From Clavelina lepadiformis (lineage: Eukaryota), in NCBI RefSeq assembly GCF_947623445.1, contig NC_135244.1:13078860-13142859 (forward strand): 64,000 bases of DNA. Reading direction: 5' to 3'. Position numbers and translations under genes: made by a program. Under the pieces are notes generated by a model. The model did no database searches, was not told where the DNA came from, and saw only the letters and a program-made list of their open reading frames with translations. Below are positions 13,188 to 25,259 of this stretch, piece by piece; the stretch's first letter is position 1, and each line of letters begins with the position of its first letter.

Positions 13188-14097
13188 TAAGGCCATTTAA
13201 AGTCATTAAAGTCATATTTTTTTCTATGCATCAGTAAGTCGTGAAATCAATTTTAACGCAAAAACCGCATCCTTATGAGGTATATTAAGAAAGTTATGAA
13301 GTCATATAAAGTCATATTTTCCTGGTTAGGTCATAAATGAGCTTTTTAAGTTATATAGTCATATTTTTGTCATATTTTGTCATATCATGTAGCATACCAC
13401 CACAGCCTATAGTTACTCGTTGGGGTAGCTGGTTGAATGCTGCTCAATATTATGCCGAGAGACTTCCACAAGTGAAAGAAATAGTCAATGCATGGGAAGG
13501 TGAAGGAGTTATTGTAAAGAGCGTCAAAAATTCAGTCAACGATCCAAAGTTGACTAGTCAGTTAACAGAAATATGCCTCCATTACAACAATATTTCAAAC
13601 TTAATACTCAAAATGGAAAGTTGTACGTACACCATCAAAGAGGCCCATGCTGATCTAAATGCCCTTGATTTCGGAAAAGATCCGCTTGAGCTCAAAAATT
13701 ACATTAAGAAGCGATTGAACAAAAACAATGTGAAACAAATTATGGAGCTACAAAGACAAGACATTTCACCAGCGCTTTATGCAAAACTGCAGAAGTGTCA
13801 ACCCACATCAGCGTCTGTGGAGCGCTCATTTTCCTTACTAAAGTCATTTTTACGTCCAAATCGTAACTTCAAAGACTCTAACATTCCACACTACATGAAA
13901 CTGTACTACAACAGTGGTTTAAAATAAAAATGGATGTGTATTACTGTTATGTTGCGTATGTTTTACTCTTTAGTTCCGTGAGTGACGTTGTTCGCATGTA
14001 AAAATACACGATTTTCACATTAAGTCATATAAAGTCATATTTTCCAAAAAATAAAGTCATATTATTGATTTTTTAAGGTCATATAAAAATGGCCTTA
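13188..14097 (+). mobile_element. Non-autonomous hAT-superfamily element (910 bp). TIR is TAAGGCCATTT ... AAATGGCCTTA. It has a perfect 8-bp TSD ATAATGAC, subterminal AAGTCATAT repeats, and an internal ORF remnant (13337-13927) encoding a hAT C-terminal dimerisation domain.
   Basis: The TSD ATAATGAC is read at 13180-13187 and at 14098-14105. The TIRs are read directly. The ORF 13337..13927 ends ...LYAKLQKCQPTSASVERSFSLLKSFLRPNRNFKDSNI, which contains the hAT dimerisation-domain motif (S..ERxFS). Confidence 0.75.
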
Positions 14098-14214
14098 ATA
14101 ATGACAACATTTTGTCTCAATTGTAGTAAATAACAAAAAGTTTTTGAGAATTTTCTAACCGAATTGATATTCAATGAACAACTTAAAACGTAAATTTGGC
14201 TTATAGCCAGGGTT

Positions 14215-14345
14215 ACCATTCCGTGCTTATTTCTAAGATTTGTGCTTATTTTCAAGTAAAATGTCTAACAAAATACTAATGTGCTTATTTCTAACAAACG
14301 AGCTTATTTTCACTTGCTTGCTTATTTTTGTCTTATTTTTAGAAC
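14215..14345. repeat. Degenerate tandem array of the TGCTTATTTCT(AA) motif, about 7 copies
   Basis: gtgcttatttctaag / gtgcttattttcaag / gtgcttatttctaac / gagcttattttcac / ttgcttatttttgtcttattttt is read directly. Confidence 0.7.
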
Positions 14346-15841
14346 AGAGGTTCCTACTTTGGTCATTTTGACCCCTTTAGTATATCATTTTGTACCAAAG
14401 AGATACAAAAATTAAGAACATGCAAATAGTGTCTCGTTTTTTTTAAGAACATTGATTGCCTTCTCCTGTTGTGCACTGTTTAAGGTAATATTTTTCTTTC
14501 GTTTTCTATAAGTCGTCCTTATTTTTTAGTCCATACCGATGGCAACCCTGGTTACAGAGAATGATGGGGCTATATTTACTTATTGGAATCACCTAAAGTC
14601 AAGGGCTTTGGACCTTTCAGACTCCGCTTGTCTATTTATTCTTTATTTGACTCCGTTACTTTTTTCTATCGTTTATTATTTTCTTCGCCCCCATCACAGT
14701 TTTTATATAAATGTCCAAAGTCCTTATATTGCAATTGTAGCCACACTTATTATACGTATTAAAAGAAATTCATTGCAGAATACTTTTCAGATGTTTTCCA
14801 AACAAAACAGCAAAATAACAAATGTTTCAAAGCCCATTTTTCATTTTTAGTCGATAAAACGTATGACATACTTTATATATGTTATAACCAATTAACAATC
14901 GACACCGATGCAATGCGTCATAGTAAGATATTAATTCTAACCAATGATAATAATAATCTGACATCAAAATTATGTCAGCAGAGAAATGCTAATAAGCAAA
15001 CGTCGACATTTCTGGTATTTTTTTGGTTTAAATGCTACTGTACCACACCGCAACCACTTAAAAAGTATTTAAATACATGCGTCATATACTTAAACTGGGA
15101 AAAGTATTTGATATATTTCAAGTGCTCTACCTTACACCAAACTGATGCAGCTAATAATTGCGAATATTCTAAATGACACTATTTCCCAGCTAGAAGATAA
15201 CACAAATTTCTTAATTAATACGCCAGTTTATAAATAATTACAATTCACTATGAAAATTGTCAAAGCGTAGCGAAAAATGAACGTTATAGCAACTATACAT
15301 TTTTTAATATTTGTAGCAATGATTTTTCAGTCATTCGCTATTGGAACACCTATCGATCAATCAATCAATGTAATCCACTCTTCGAAAATCAATGCAACCA
15401 TCCTTTATTGAATCAATTGTAAATTTTTTTTGACATTGTTACTTTCACTTCATCAGACGGATATTTGCTCTTGACTTGAGAATGACAAATAATGGTAAAC
15501 AATCTCCTAAAGCACTGATGGAAGGAACGATTGTGGTAGTTGTGTCCCTCGCTCTCCAACTTGAATGGACCGCACTACACTAGCTTCTTGCCATGAGTAT
15601 TTCTTAGGTTGGGTTGAATGGAACTATAAACAATGCAGTCTCATCAATATTGTAAATTGTTGAGTTAACAATAATTATTAACACTCTCGTATTAGGCGTT
15701 TTATCCTGCCACTTTGATGTTTATGCACTTGATGCCACGGTGTAAACAGCGTAAGTGGAAGACGTTGAGTTGACGTTCGCGCCTTGCACCGTGGTCCAAG
15801 AGTCGCTTCTAAATAAAAGAGTGCTCAGATATGCATGCAAT

Positions 15842-16072
15842 TTATACTTCGTGTGTTCTGAAAGCTTGTTTTTTTGTCAAGACTCTCTTAGACAGTCTGG
15901 CCGTGGTGATTGAGGCCTTCCCCATCCGCTTGTTGAGTTCGGTGTTTAGAGAGAGGGTGTCGGAGATGGTAGAGCCCAGATATACAAAGTCATTGATGAT
16001 GTCATGTTCGTGATTGGAGACAGTAATGCTTGAAACATTGGGCCATAGAGCAACGTAACAGTCATAAGTCAT
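15842..16072 (-). mobile_element. Fragment of a non-LTR (LINE) retrotransposon reverse transcriptase, C-terminal region
   Basis: The minus-strand ORF is ...[50 protein letters not shown]. It matches the conserved RT tail of CR1/L2/RTE-type LINEs (FKYLGS.I.....L..E...RI.KA...F..L..RVW). It is a short isolated fragment. Confidence 0.45.
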
Positions 16073-16989
16073 AACCTTTCGCCATATATAAGTTTTCGAA
16101 GATGACTTTTTGCAAGCTATGCAAGGTAACTTATCAACTTTACGTCATGGTCAGGGTCACGCAGGGTTGGTTACTCCTTCGCCACCTGCCCCGGCCAACC
16201 TCAATGTTACTTAAGATTTGGCTTTTGGCGCGTCTGAGCCACCTCGTACTGATAATCTTGATAATATTTTATTTGACTTTTGGCGGTGATTCCCTGGTTG
16301 ATTTGCCGCGTAATTTAACTAATCGTCCAATATAGCGTCGCTCTGTCCCATTTGCAACAACGAACCCGTTTCTACTAGACCAGGGTTTCTTAATCAGGGG
16401 GCGTACGGCCGTACGTAACTTTTCACGATGGTGCGAGCCCTAACGTGCTTTACTACATATCTATTCTTCATTAAGACTAAGTACAGAAACAAGCTGGAAG
16501 TTGAAGGAGACTTACGGTGTGCGCTTTCTGGGGTTAAACCTTGCATTAAAGAGCTAGTTGTTAAGAAACACTGTCAAGTGTCTCACTGATTCGTGATCAA
16601 TAAATAAAATGCAATTGCAACATTGCTGTTTGTATTTATTTGTAAGTGTAGGGGCTAGGGGGGAGGGATTGAAGCGGAGAACCATTGCTCTAGGAATGTG
16701 CAATACCAAAAAGGTTAAGAACCGCTGTACTAAACGTTCAGTCTATCCCACGCAGTCACTCTCCGGAAACCAAACCCGTGAAACTTCCGTCGTTCTGACC
16801 AAGTCGCGCTAACCTATGGACTGACAAACCAAATACAGTGTATTTGACAAAGAGTTGTGCGCATGTTATCTCGCTGTGAAACAGTTTCGCTATTTCGTCA
16901 AAGGATGTGGTTTTCATTATTGGTTGACCGCAAGCCGATTGTTGGCGCAATCAAGACTCGCACAACCGAAGCCTCACCTCTGCAAGAAC

Positions 16990-19302
16990 GATGTTTGTCT
17001 TATATTTCCGAGATAGTAGTATACTCTATTTACCTGGCTCAGAAAGCATGGCCGCCAATTTTCACTCTGACATTGACGTGCACGCCCTCTACACACCCTC
17101 AGATGGAATTATATACCAAGATTATATTGATTATACCAAGATGACCAATTCTCAGCATGAAGCTGATTTTCAATCGACTAATTAACAACCCAAAATTAAC
17201 ACTGAATCTAGTGAAACGTCTAATGTCAGACTCTGGCCTTTCGCTGCTTGGCACCATGTCTAAGAAAGGTTTTCGTCCCATTGTCCCCAGGCAGTTTAGA
17301 AGGTTTTTTAGAGAGAACGATCAGGTTTTTCACATAAATCACGATTTATCCCACCCTGGTGTACGTGGTATTTTAAAATTCATTGCTGATCGTTATGTTT
17401 TGACAGAAATCAGAAAAGACGTTAAAGTATGGGGCAAGTCCATAAACAAGTTGATCTTGAATGAAAGAACACTGTTACATGAACATTCTGGTAAAATATT
17501 TTTGAAAAAAAATCCTGGTTAGGTAGTATTCAGTCAAAAAAATTGCAAAAAGTGTCAGTTTGTTGCCTTCATTATGACTTAGTAAACGGATCTTTTTATA
17601 TTTTTGATTAACCAAGTTGCTTGACATCATGCTGCTGTTGCTTTCCTTGCACAATAGTCAACTGAAATCATAAGTGTAAGTCATAGGAGTTTAACGTATG
17701 TTCAATTAGGCGTCATTTGAAGAATTTAGCAATGTGAAGCATTGTACTGTAACTAAATAAATTACGATTGTTTTAAACATAAAAAATCCGGCATAAAAAA
17801 AACAAAAAAAACGGTATTTCTCTTGCATTTCAAAATTCCCTATTGATATACATTATTTCTCTGGCTCAGAAAACCTGGTTGTCGTTTTCTCTTTCACATT
17901 GATGTACACGCCCTCTACACATCCTTAGATGGAATTGATTATACCAAGACGGCCATTTCTCAACATGAAGCTAATTTTCAAGCGGTAATTAACGACCCAA
18001 AATTCACACTGACTGTAGAAAAACGTATAATGTCAGACTCCGGCCTTTCGCTGCTCGGCGCCGTGTCCAAGAAAGGTTTCGTCCCATGTTGTTCCCATTC
18101 ACTTTAGAAGACAGGGTTTTCATATAAATCACAATTTATCCACCCCTAGTGCACGCGGCACTTTAAAATAAATTGCTGATCGTTATGTTTGGACAGGAAC
18201 AAAAAAAGACGTTAAGGATTAGTGCAGGGTTTATTGTGGGCAATCGAAGGTGCAACGCGACACTGTGGCACCCCTGATGAAATTTCGTCCACACTCGGAA
18301 CGCTTTGAAATAATTCACTTGGACCTGGTTGGTCCACTAACAAATTCAAACGGGTGCACGCATCTCTTAACCTTAATTTGTAGCTTCAGTAGATGGACGG
18401 AAGTCATTTCTTTACCTAACAAATCATCTAAAACAGTTAATTCTGCTTTCATTTTAAATTTCATAGGTCGTTTCGGTTGTCCTCTGGAAATTTTTTCTGA
18501 CAAAGGCGTGGAATGAATGTCTGTGCTTTAATCTGAACTCTGCTCGTTCATAGGTGCGAAACACAAGCAAATCTATTCGTACAGCTGCAACGGAAAAATT
18601 GAAAGGCAGCATCGAACAATGAAGAGCGCTCTCAAAGTGTCATGCGGCTAGAAAAGACTGGTACTACAAGCTCGGTAGGATTTTGTTGCGTATTCGAACG
18701 ACCTGGAAAGAAGACATCAACGGTTCAGCGGGAGAGTATCTCTAAGGACCACCTTATATCTCCCAGCGCAGTTTTTCAGACTACGTGACCAGATGCCGCC
18801 GGCCAATACAAATTTTGTTCCGGAACTGTTTCTGTTTATGACGACATTGAAATACAATGCTCTTCGTTCCCCCACGAATAGGAAAGTTTACGTGGACACG
18901 AGTTTACTCACCTGCTTTCATGTTTTTGTCAGACGCGATGCAACCAGCAAACCTTTGGACAGACCATCCCCAGGCTATTTAAGATTGTTTCGAGTTTCAA
19001 AAAACATTTTATTCCGGATTATCTCAACCACCATGACAGCTTCTCGATCAGCATTGATGGTTTGAAGCCGTGTTTTGTCGACATACTTGCCGATTTGCAA
19101 CAAGTTGTCAATAAAGATGCATTGTATCCATCTAACAGACATTCCAAAAGCGTCTTTTTCAGTCATATCGACCCCAACGACAGTGATGAAGAATCACTTG
19201 GACTTTGGATGCGAGAATGACCGCGAAACAGCGCACCTTGAGCTGTACACGAGATGTGGCAGGCCAGTCAAGAAACCTGCGCAGTATTTGAACACTTTGT
19301 GA
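16990..19302 (+). mobile_element. Degenerate LTR-retrotransposon pol fragment (BEL/Pao-like integrase). Internal tandem duplication: 16990-17520 duplicates 17860-18230. Integrase core is at 18250-18516 and the integrase C-terminus at 18790-19302.
   Basis: ORF 17157..17522 reads ...HPGVRGILKFIADRYVLTEIRKDVKVW (integrase N-terminal HHCC-type region). ORF 18250..18516 reads IHLDLVGPLTNSNGCTHLLTLICSFSRWTEVISLPNKSSKTVNSAFILNFIGRFGCPLEIFSDKGVE (rve core with the D..G motif). ORFs 18793..19302 read ...DRPSPGYLRLF... and ...TRCGRPVKKPAQYLNTL (BEL/Pao-type C-terminal TRSGR.V..P.RY tail). The two copies of the about 370-bp N-terminal segment are about 80% identical. Both carry stops and frameshifts. 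Confidence 0.55.
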
Positions 19303-19639
19303 TGATTTTGTGTATGTGTTTATTTATTCTCTATGCCATATCGAATAGCGTATTATTTTTTATTTTACTGTATGTTTTGTCGTGAGCCCTATCAAGGATA
19401 ATTTAAGTGTATGTCTAGCCTATACACTCCATCATTCATTATACTATTGCGGGAATTTAACCCATTTTGTACAAAGTCTCTTATTGCCCACTTGTCTCAC
19501 TTTCATTTTTTGTGCCTGTCACGGGTTTATTATGACCTTTGGTAAATATCTCCCACAGTATGGTGTTACGTCAAGTAGCGTTATTATGCCAATTTTGCTT
19601 ACTTTGATGGTCTTAATTGGCATGCTATCTGACGGTTAC

Positions 19640-19663
19640 CCCTCACCCCCCTCCCCCCCCCCC
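19640..19663. repeat. Poly-C / C-rich homopolymer tract (ccctcaccccccctcccccccccccccc)
   Basis: Read directly. A perfect CRE-like palindrome TGACGTCA lies about 80 bp downstream at 19735. Confidence 0.8.
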
Positions 19664-20569
19664 CCCGCTGAGGAAAAATGTATCTTTGTGATTCATTGGC
19701 TATAGTTTACACATAGTGGCTGTTTTCGGGAAGGTGACATCCTACCCGCTGCTGACGTCACTACACTTAAATATTAAATAAAACATTTATTTGTTTATGC
19801 ACAATTCTTTAAGACAGTGGTACTGAGATGTTATCCAAATATACTATCGTACAATTTATGACCAGACCATATTATCATTTGTACAAAACTTTTACATCTG
19901 ATGATTTGTGATAGATATTGAAACCGTCCCATTTTCACATTGCATCGCATATAGGCATACTACGTACAACCTTTGTAACTTCACATCTTTGTTGTGTGTA
20001 ATGCTCAGCTGTAGTAGGTGTATATGTAAATTTTGTGTGTTAATTGTACTTTCTTTATTGTTATGAAAACGCAATTCGTTATTCGATTGCATCGCTCCGT
20101 GTTGTTCTTAGTCGCTTACCGCCCTCTTTCATTCTTACCAGGGAAGGAAAGATATTATGTAGCGGCAATTAAGTACAGTTTTGTTTGTCACTGGTTGGCG
20201 CCCTTAGGCTGCTCCACGCATTTTGTAAAGTCGTAATATTTTGTTTTTTCATTTTCGTTCGCCTTTTTCTGCTATTGTTTTTGGTTTCTGCTTTGATTCG
20301 ATGTGTTGAGCTTATGACTTATGAGGTGATGACTGATTTAATGTATGTGCGAAGGTAACATACTATTGTAACAGCAGCATTTTAGAGTCAGGAGTCAGAT
20401 TCAAATAGCAACGTAAGAACCATAACCTTTTGCTTTACCTGCGCGCACGACATCCATTAACATGCACGCTAAACTTTGCCGATTTATAATAAATAAAAGT
20501 TGGTTGTTTCAACAACCATATAATAAAAGCCAAAGGATTTAGGTTTCAGTGCACGCCCTCACGGAAAAA

Positions 20570-21600
20570 TACTTCCGTATTTCCTTGTAGGGAGTGGTGT
20601 TACAATGATGGAAGATTAGCATGGCCACCAGAATCGTTAAGACTCGAATTACCATTTTATGAAAGTGCATCTATATACGAGGGTCAGTCACAAAGTAATG
20701 AGTCCATATCACATATAGCTTTATTTATTGCGATAAAAACACAATACACTCATAGATGTAGAGTTCTAAAATTAGGGATTTTAAAAATACTCTTTAATGT
20801 AATCTCTCTTTTTCTCGACACCGACTGCCTATCAATGAATAAGGGCATGTATGCCAGCCTCGTAAAATTGTGCAGGCTGCCCTTTCAACCAGATTTTTTA
20901 TAACTTGTTTGAATCTTTGTCATCAGAAAAGTGCTGGCCACTAACTCCCTCTTTTAAAGGACCAAAACGATGATAGTCAGATGGTGCCAGATTGGATGAT
21001 TATGGGGTACGTTGATGGTTGTTCAACTCATGACTTTACTAGTTTTGAATCTGGTGTGAGGCCTGGCATTGTCGTGTCGCAGCAAGACCTTGGAAATCTA
21101 CCGGTTAAGACGAACTCTTTTCAATCTTGCTTTCAACTTGTTTAAAGTGTTAATGTAAGCCTCTGAGTTAATGGTGGTTCCCTTTGGCATAAAGTCCACC
21201 AGTATAACTTCATCAACGTCCAAAAATACAGTCACCAGGAGTCCAAGACTTTGCCAACTGAATGCGGACTTTTGAACTTCTTTGTTCTTGGGGAATGGGG
21301 AGGAAGGGTAACGCTATTCCATGAATGCTCTTTTTGACTCAGACTCATAGTGATAATGTCTCACCCCCAGCCACTATACGCTTGAGGAAAGTTTAATCAC
21401 CTCTGTGACACTCAAGAAGCTCCGAACAACCTTCAAAACGGGCCTCTTCGTGCGCATCTGTGAGTTGTCTTGTAACCCACACCGAAAGCAACATCATCCC
21501 AGGCATCAAAATCCCAGTAATGATGACCAGACGCTGATTGTGCAGTAGCTCAACCACCTTTGAGCGAGTGGAAAAATTTTAAATTCGCATAGCCTAGTTT
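20570..21600 (-). mobile_element. Degenerate mariner-like (Tc1/mariner, DD34D-type) transposon; the transposase ORF is broken by frameshifts and stops
   Basis: Minus-strand translation gives ILVDFMPKGTTINSEAYINTLNKLKARLKRVRLNR..., ...LLRHDNARPHTRFKTSKVMS... and ...ELNNHQRTPYSPDLAPSDYHRFGPLKEGVSGQHF... These are the mariner catalytic-domain motifs (HDNARPH, YSPDLAPSDYHLF) in the right order. The boundaries are approximate. Confidence 0.65.
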
Positions 21601-21632
21601 TGGGAAACGAAAGTGCACCAAGTGCTCTAGGC

Positions 21633-21902
21633 CAGTGGTTCCCAACCTTTCTACAACGTTTTAAACAATGTTCACAGACCGGCAACAAAAACTCGTAGTG
21701 ATTAGAACAGATATGTGTAATCTTTTTGTTAACCAAAGTCTGTTGTTGCGTTTGCTTTGAATCGGCCAGGCGTAAAATGAGTTTTACAGGGAGTAACAAC
21801 TTTGCAATGCTTATGATTCCATATTAAAACTAGCTAGGCAGAAAGTAAGATATTTTACAGACTGGTAAAAACATTACACGGACTGGCGGTTGAGAACCAC
21901 TG
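21633..21902. mobile_element. hAT-type MITE, copy 2 (270 bp). TIR is CAGTGGTTCCCAACC ... GGTTGAGAACCACTG. It has a perfect 8-bp TSD CTCTAGGC.
   Basis: The TSD ctctaggc is read on both flanks (21625-21632 and 21903-21910). This copy is about 90% identical to 2552-2873. It is inserted between the mariner remnant and the BUD23 promoter. Confidence 0.8.
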
Positions 21903-22152
21903 CTCTAGGCTCTGCAACTTATTGTGTAAATACAATTATTGAGTCTGGAAGTTAGTTTAGTCAGTTTCTATTACTGTACTACGCTATGGATAAGTAATGT
22001 GTGAATCTGTAGACCTATGTCATGTTGTATACTTTTCGCCATTCATTGAATGGATTAGTTTAAGCTGTGTTAATTTATTGTGTTTTTAAAAAGTATCTTA
22101 AAAGTTATATGAACTATCATTATTCACAAGGCTGAAGGAATATCCATAACGT

Positions 22153-23289
22153 GTGGTAATGGCCACCAAAAAACGACCTGAACACTATGGCCCTGCACAT
22201 ATTTTTTATAATGATGAAGAAGCACAGAAATATACTACGAATACCAGAATGATTGAAATTCAAACGGAGATGACTGAAAGAGCAATTGAATTGCTCAATC
22301 TTCCGCCAGACAAACCTAGCTTACTTTTGGATCTTGGTTGTGGATCAGGTCTTAGTGGAGAATGTTTAACAGATCTTGGACACTCTTGGATTGGAATTGA
22401 TATTAGTCGTTCAATGTTGGATATAGCAAGGGAAAGAGATGTTGAAGGAGATACTATTTTAGGTGACATGGGAGAAGGCATATGCTTTCGTCCAGGAACA
22501 TTTGATGGAGCTATAAGCATATCTGCATTACAATGGTTGTGTAATGCAGATAAAAAATGTCATAATCCAGTAAAAAGAGTCTATCATTTCTTCGAGACTC
22601 TTTATGCTTCAATGAAACATGGCAGTAGAGCAATTTTTCAGGTAGGCCTGAATAATAACTATGTTACCTTTTTTGCTTTTAAAACTATCTTAATGCAAAA
22701 AGTCCAGTTTTAAAAGTTAGTTCATTTCATGCAAAAGAATTCAAACATATTTGGAATTTGTTTCTATGCTTATAAATTAAGTTGCTGGTTGCTGTGATTC
22801 CTACTGTTTCAACCTTGCTTGCATTGCGAGCATGCAAAATTTATTCTTTTTTCATGCGTGTTTGATGTCATGTAGTCGAAGATGCTGTAACGCTCACACA
22901 TTTCCTTATAATTGCCAATATTTTTGTTCTAGGTTTATCCAGAGAATCCTCAGCAGCTTGAAATGCTTACATCCCAAGCAATCAGAGCTGGATTTGGTGG
23001 TGGAGTGGTTGTTGACTACCCAAATAGCACTAAAGCCAAAAAGATATTTCTTTGTTTGTTTTGTGGAGTAACTAATATTTCTATGCCCAAAGCACGTGGA
23101 ACGGATGTATCACAAAATCAGAGTGTTATGTTTACACAAAGAAATAGTAGAATTCATAAAAGGCAGAAGAGCATTAAAAAGTCAAGAGACTGGATTGAGG
23201 AAAAAAAGGAACGACGTAGACGCCAAGGGAAAAATGTTAGGTCTAGTACAAAATACTCTGGTCGAAAACGAAAACCACATTTTTAATAA
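22153..23289 (+). CDS. BUD23: BUD23 / WBSCR22-type 18S rRNA (guanine-N7)-methyltransferase, 281 aa. 2 exons: 22153-22641 and 22933-23289 (stop TAA at 23287-23289).
   Basis: The exon 1 ORF reads MVMATKKRPEHYGPAHIFYNDEEAQKYTTNTRMIEIQTEMTERAIELLNLPPDKPSLLLDLGCGSGLSGECLTDLGHSWIGIDISRSMLDIARERDVEGDTILGDMGEGICFRPGTFDGAISISALQWLCNADKKCHNPVKRVYHFFETLYASMKHGSRAIFQ, then donor cag|gtaggc. It contains the SAM motif I LDLGCGSGLSG and matches BUD23 along its whole length. Exon 2 (acceptor ttgttctag|gtttatcc) reads VYPENPQQLEMLTSQAIRAGFGGGVVVDYPNSTKAKKIFLCLF...RRQGKNVRSSTKYSGRKRKPHF*, the conserved C-terminal region with a KRKR-rich NLS tail. The protein length equals human BUD23. Confidence 0.85.
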
Positions 23290-25259
23290 GAAATGTGTTA
23301 ATTGATTTTTAAAGTTATTGTGAGACAATAAACATGATATGTGGCCATTGAATGTTTTTCGGTTATTGTTTCCTTTGCAACCTTTTTTTCTAGTGGTAAT
23401 TGTGTTGCATCTAAGCATGTTACAGTATGTTTAAGTCTAACGTACTCTTGGAGAAAACTTCTACTCGTCATATAAATTAAGCTTAGAAGCTTCATAGTGG
23501 GCTCTGCTTTCACATGCAATTATGAGTTAATCTGCATTTCAGAGTCATTCTTTAAATTTTGATTTTTGCCCTTGTGTTTGTTATACTTGCACAATGCAAT
23601 TTATTAATGCTTGTATTTGCATAATTCTAAACTATGAGAGCAAATATGGTGCTGCTAATAATATTTAGTTCTTTTGACCAGTTTTTGATATGTTTTTCAC
23701 CAATTAAGGTTTAGTCGTTTTCTGCAATTTGTTGTATTAAAGTTTTCTATTGGACATCAGAAGAAATGAGTAAGACAAGGCCGTGTAAGTTTTTTAGGTG
23801 GTTCATGTATATAAACATATGTGATAGGTACTGCTATATGTTTTTAGATATTAGTATTCCAACCATGGGCGCCAAATTAGGGAGTGTGCGGCATGCCCAA
23901 AGTTTTGCAAGGTGTTGCGTTTTTTGAAATCTTAAGACTCGTTAAAACGCTAAAAGTTTCTCTAAATTGAATTTTTAACATCATCTGACTGGTATCATAA
24001 CGTGTCAATGTAAGCACAAAGCTTATTATCTGGATATTGATTTGTACCCATAACGTCTAACTTATTTACAATATTAAGACTTGTTTAAACATAACTATTC
24101 ATGTTTTTTTTACTTGCAAAGTCTGCAATGCATTGTGCATTAATTGACACTTTTAGTTGTGGGTTAAAAACTATGCCATGAAATACTACAATTGCGTCTA
24201 CATACACCTTGAAATGGCAGACCCACTTTATAACATACTACTTGTCCTTATTCTGAACCCTGCAACTTGCAGCACATTTTGCGTGGCTTGTTCTCCTTGC
24301 TTCTTTCTTCATGAGCTAGGTTTTCTCTTCAAACTCGTTGTTGAGAGTTATGTTCTCTGCACAAGGCACTCCGAAAGAAAGCACCAAATTAAATCCAGAC
24401 ACTTACAGTTGGCATCTTATTTCGTATCTATCGTTTATTTCTTTTCATTTTGACAAGGTAATGGTATAAGACAAATCTAAGTAATAAAATGTATTATTTT
24501 GTTGAAATTTGAATCTATAGGGAAAGGATTTTATTTTGTAAAGCCACAATTAAGTTTATTTTGCAAAGGGTGTGTTCACTTGATACGTTCTCACAGGAGG
24601 GGTCCATTGTGTCTGGTGTCCTCATGAAAATGTTTCAATTACATTGAACATAATTTAGTTGTCAACATTGAACGTTTTAATAGTGTTAATGCATAAATAC
24701 TTTGCTTTAGTTAAATGGCCGTATTCATATTGAAAAAAATGGTATTGTACTAATTTTCTAAACAAAACAGTATAACTTTTATCCTCGAAATTTTTTAAGT
24801 TTTCTCTGATGTAACATTTACACTTTTCATCACTCAAATCATAGTAATGTGTAACACTCATACGATTACGTTTTTATGTCTTTTAAAGGCGTTACCGGTA
24901 TTAAAAGTGAATTTCGCAATTACTTAACTCCACAAGTTGTCATGCTCTGTTTTGGGCATTAGGTAAACGACTTATGTGATGTCATAGCGGAACGTGATGA
25001 TGTAACATGAGGTCATTCTGAACATCCAGTTATTTTGCTAAGCTGGCGCCAATGGTTGCATTAATAACTGTATATTGTCGCACTGAATAAAACAGCAACA
25101 CCAAGATATTACCTAATGCATAAAACCCTATTTTATTTAGCTAAATACCTTGTGGTTTTATCAGAGATATATTACATCTACCTACATATACAATATACAT
25201 GCCGACTGTATGTATATATAAGTTATATGTGTTTACATTTGCCAATCTCTTATAATTAG

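Noticed and set aside
22260-22520. Minus-strand 86-aa ORF inside BUD23 exon 1
   Set aside because: It is antisense to a strongly conserved methyltransferase exon and has no independent support.
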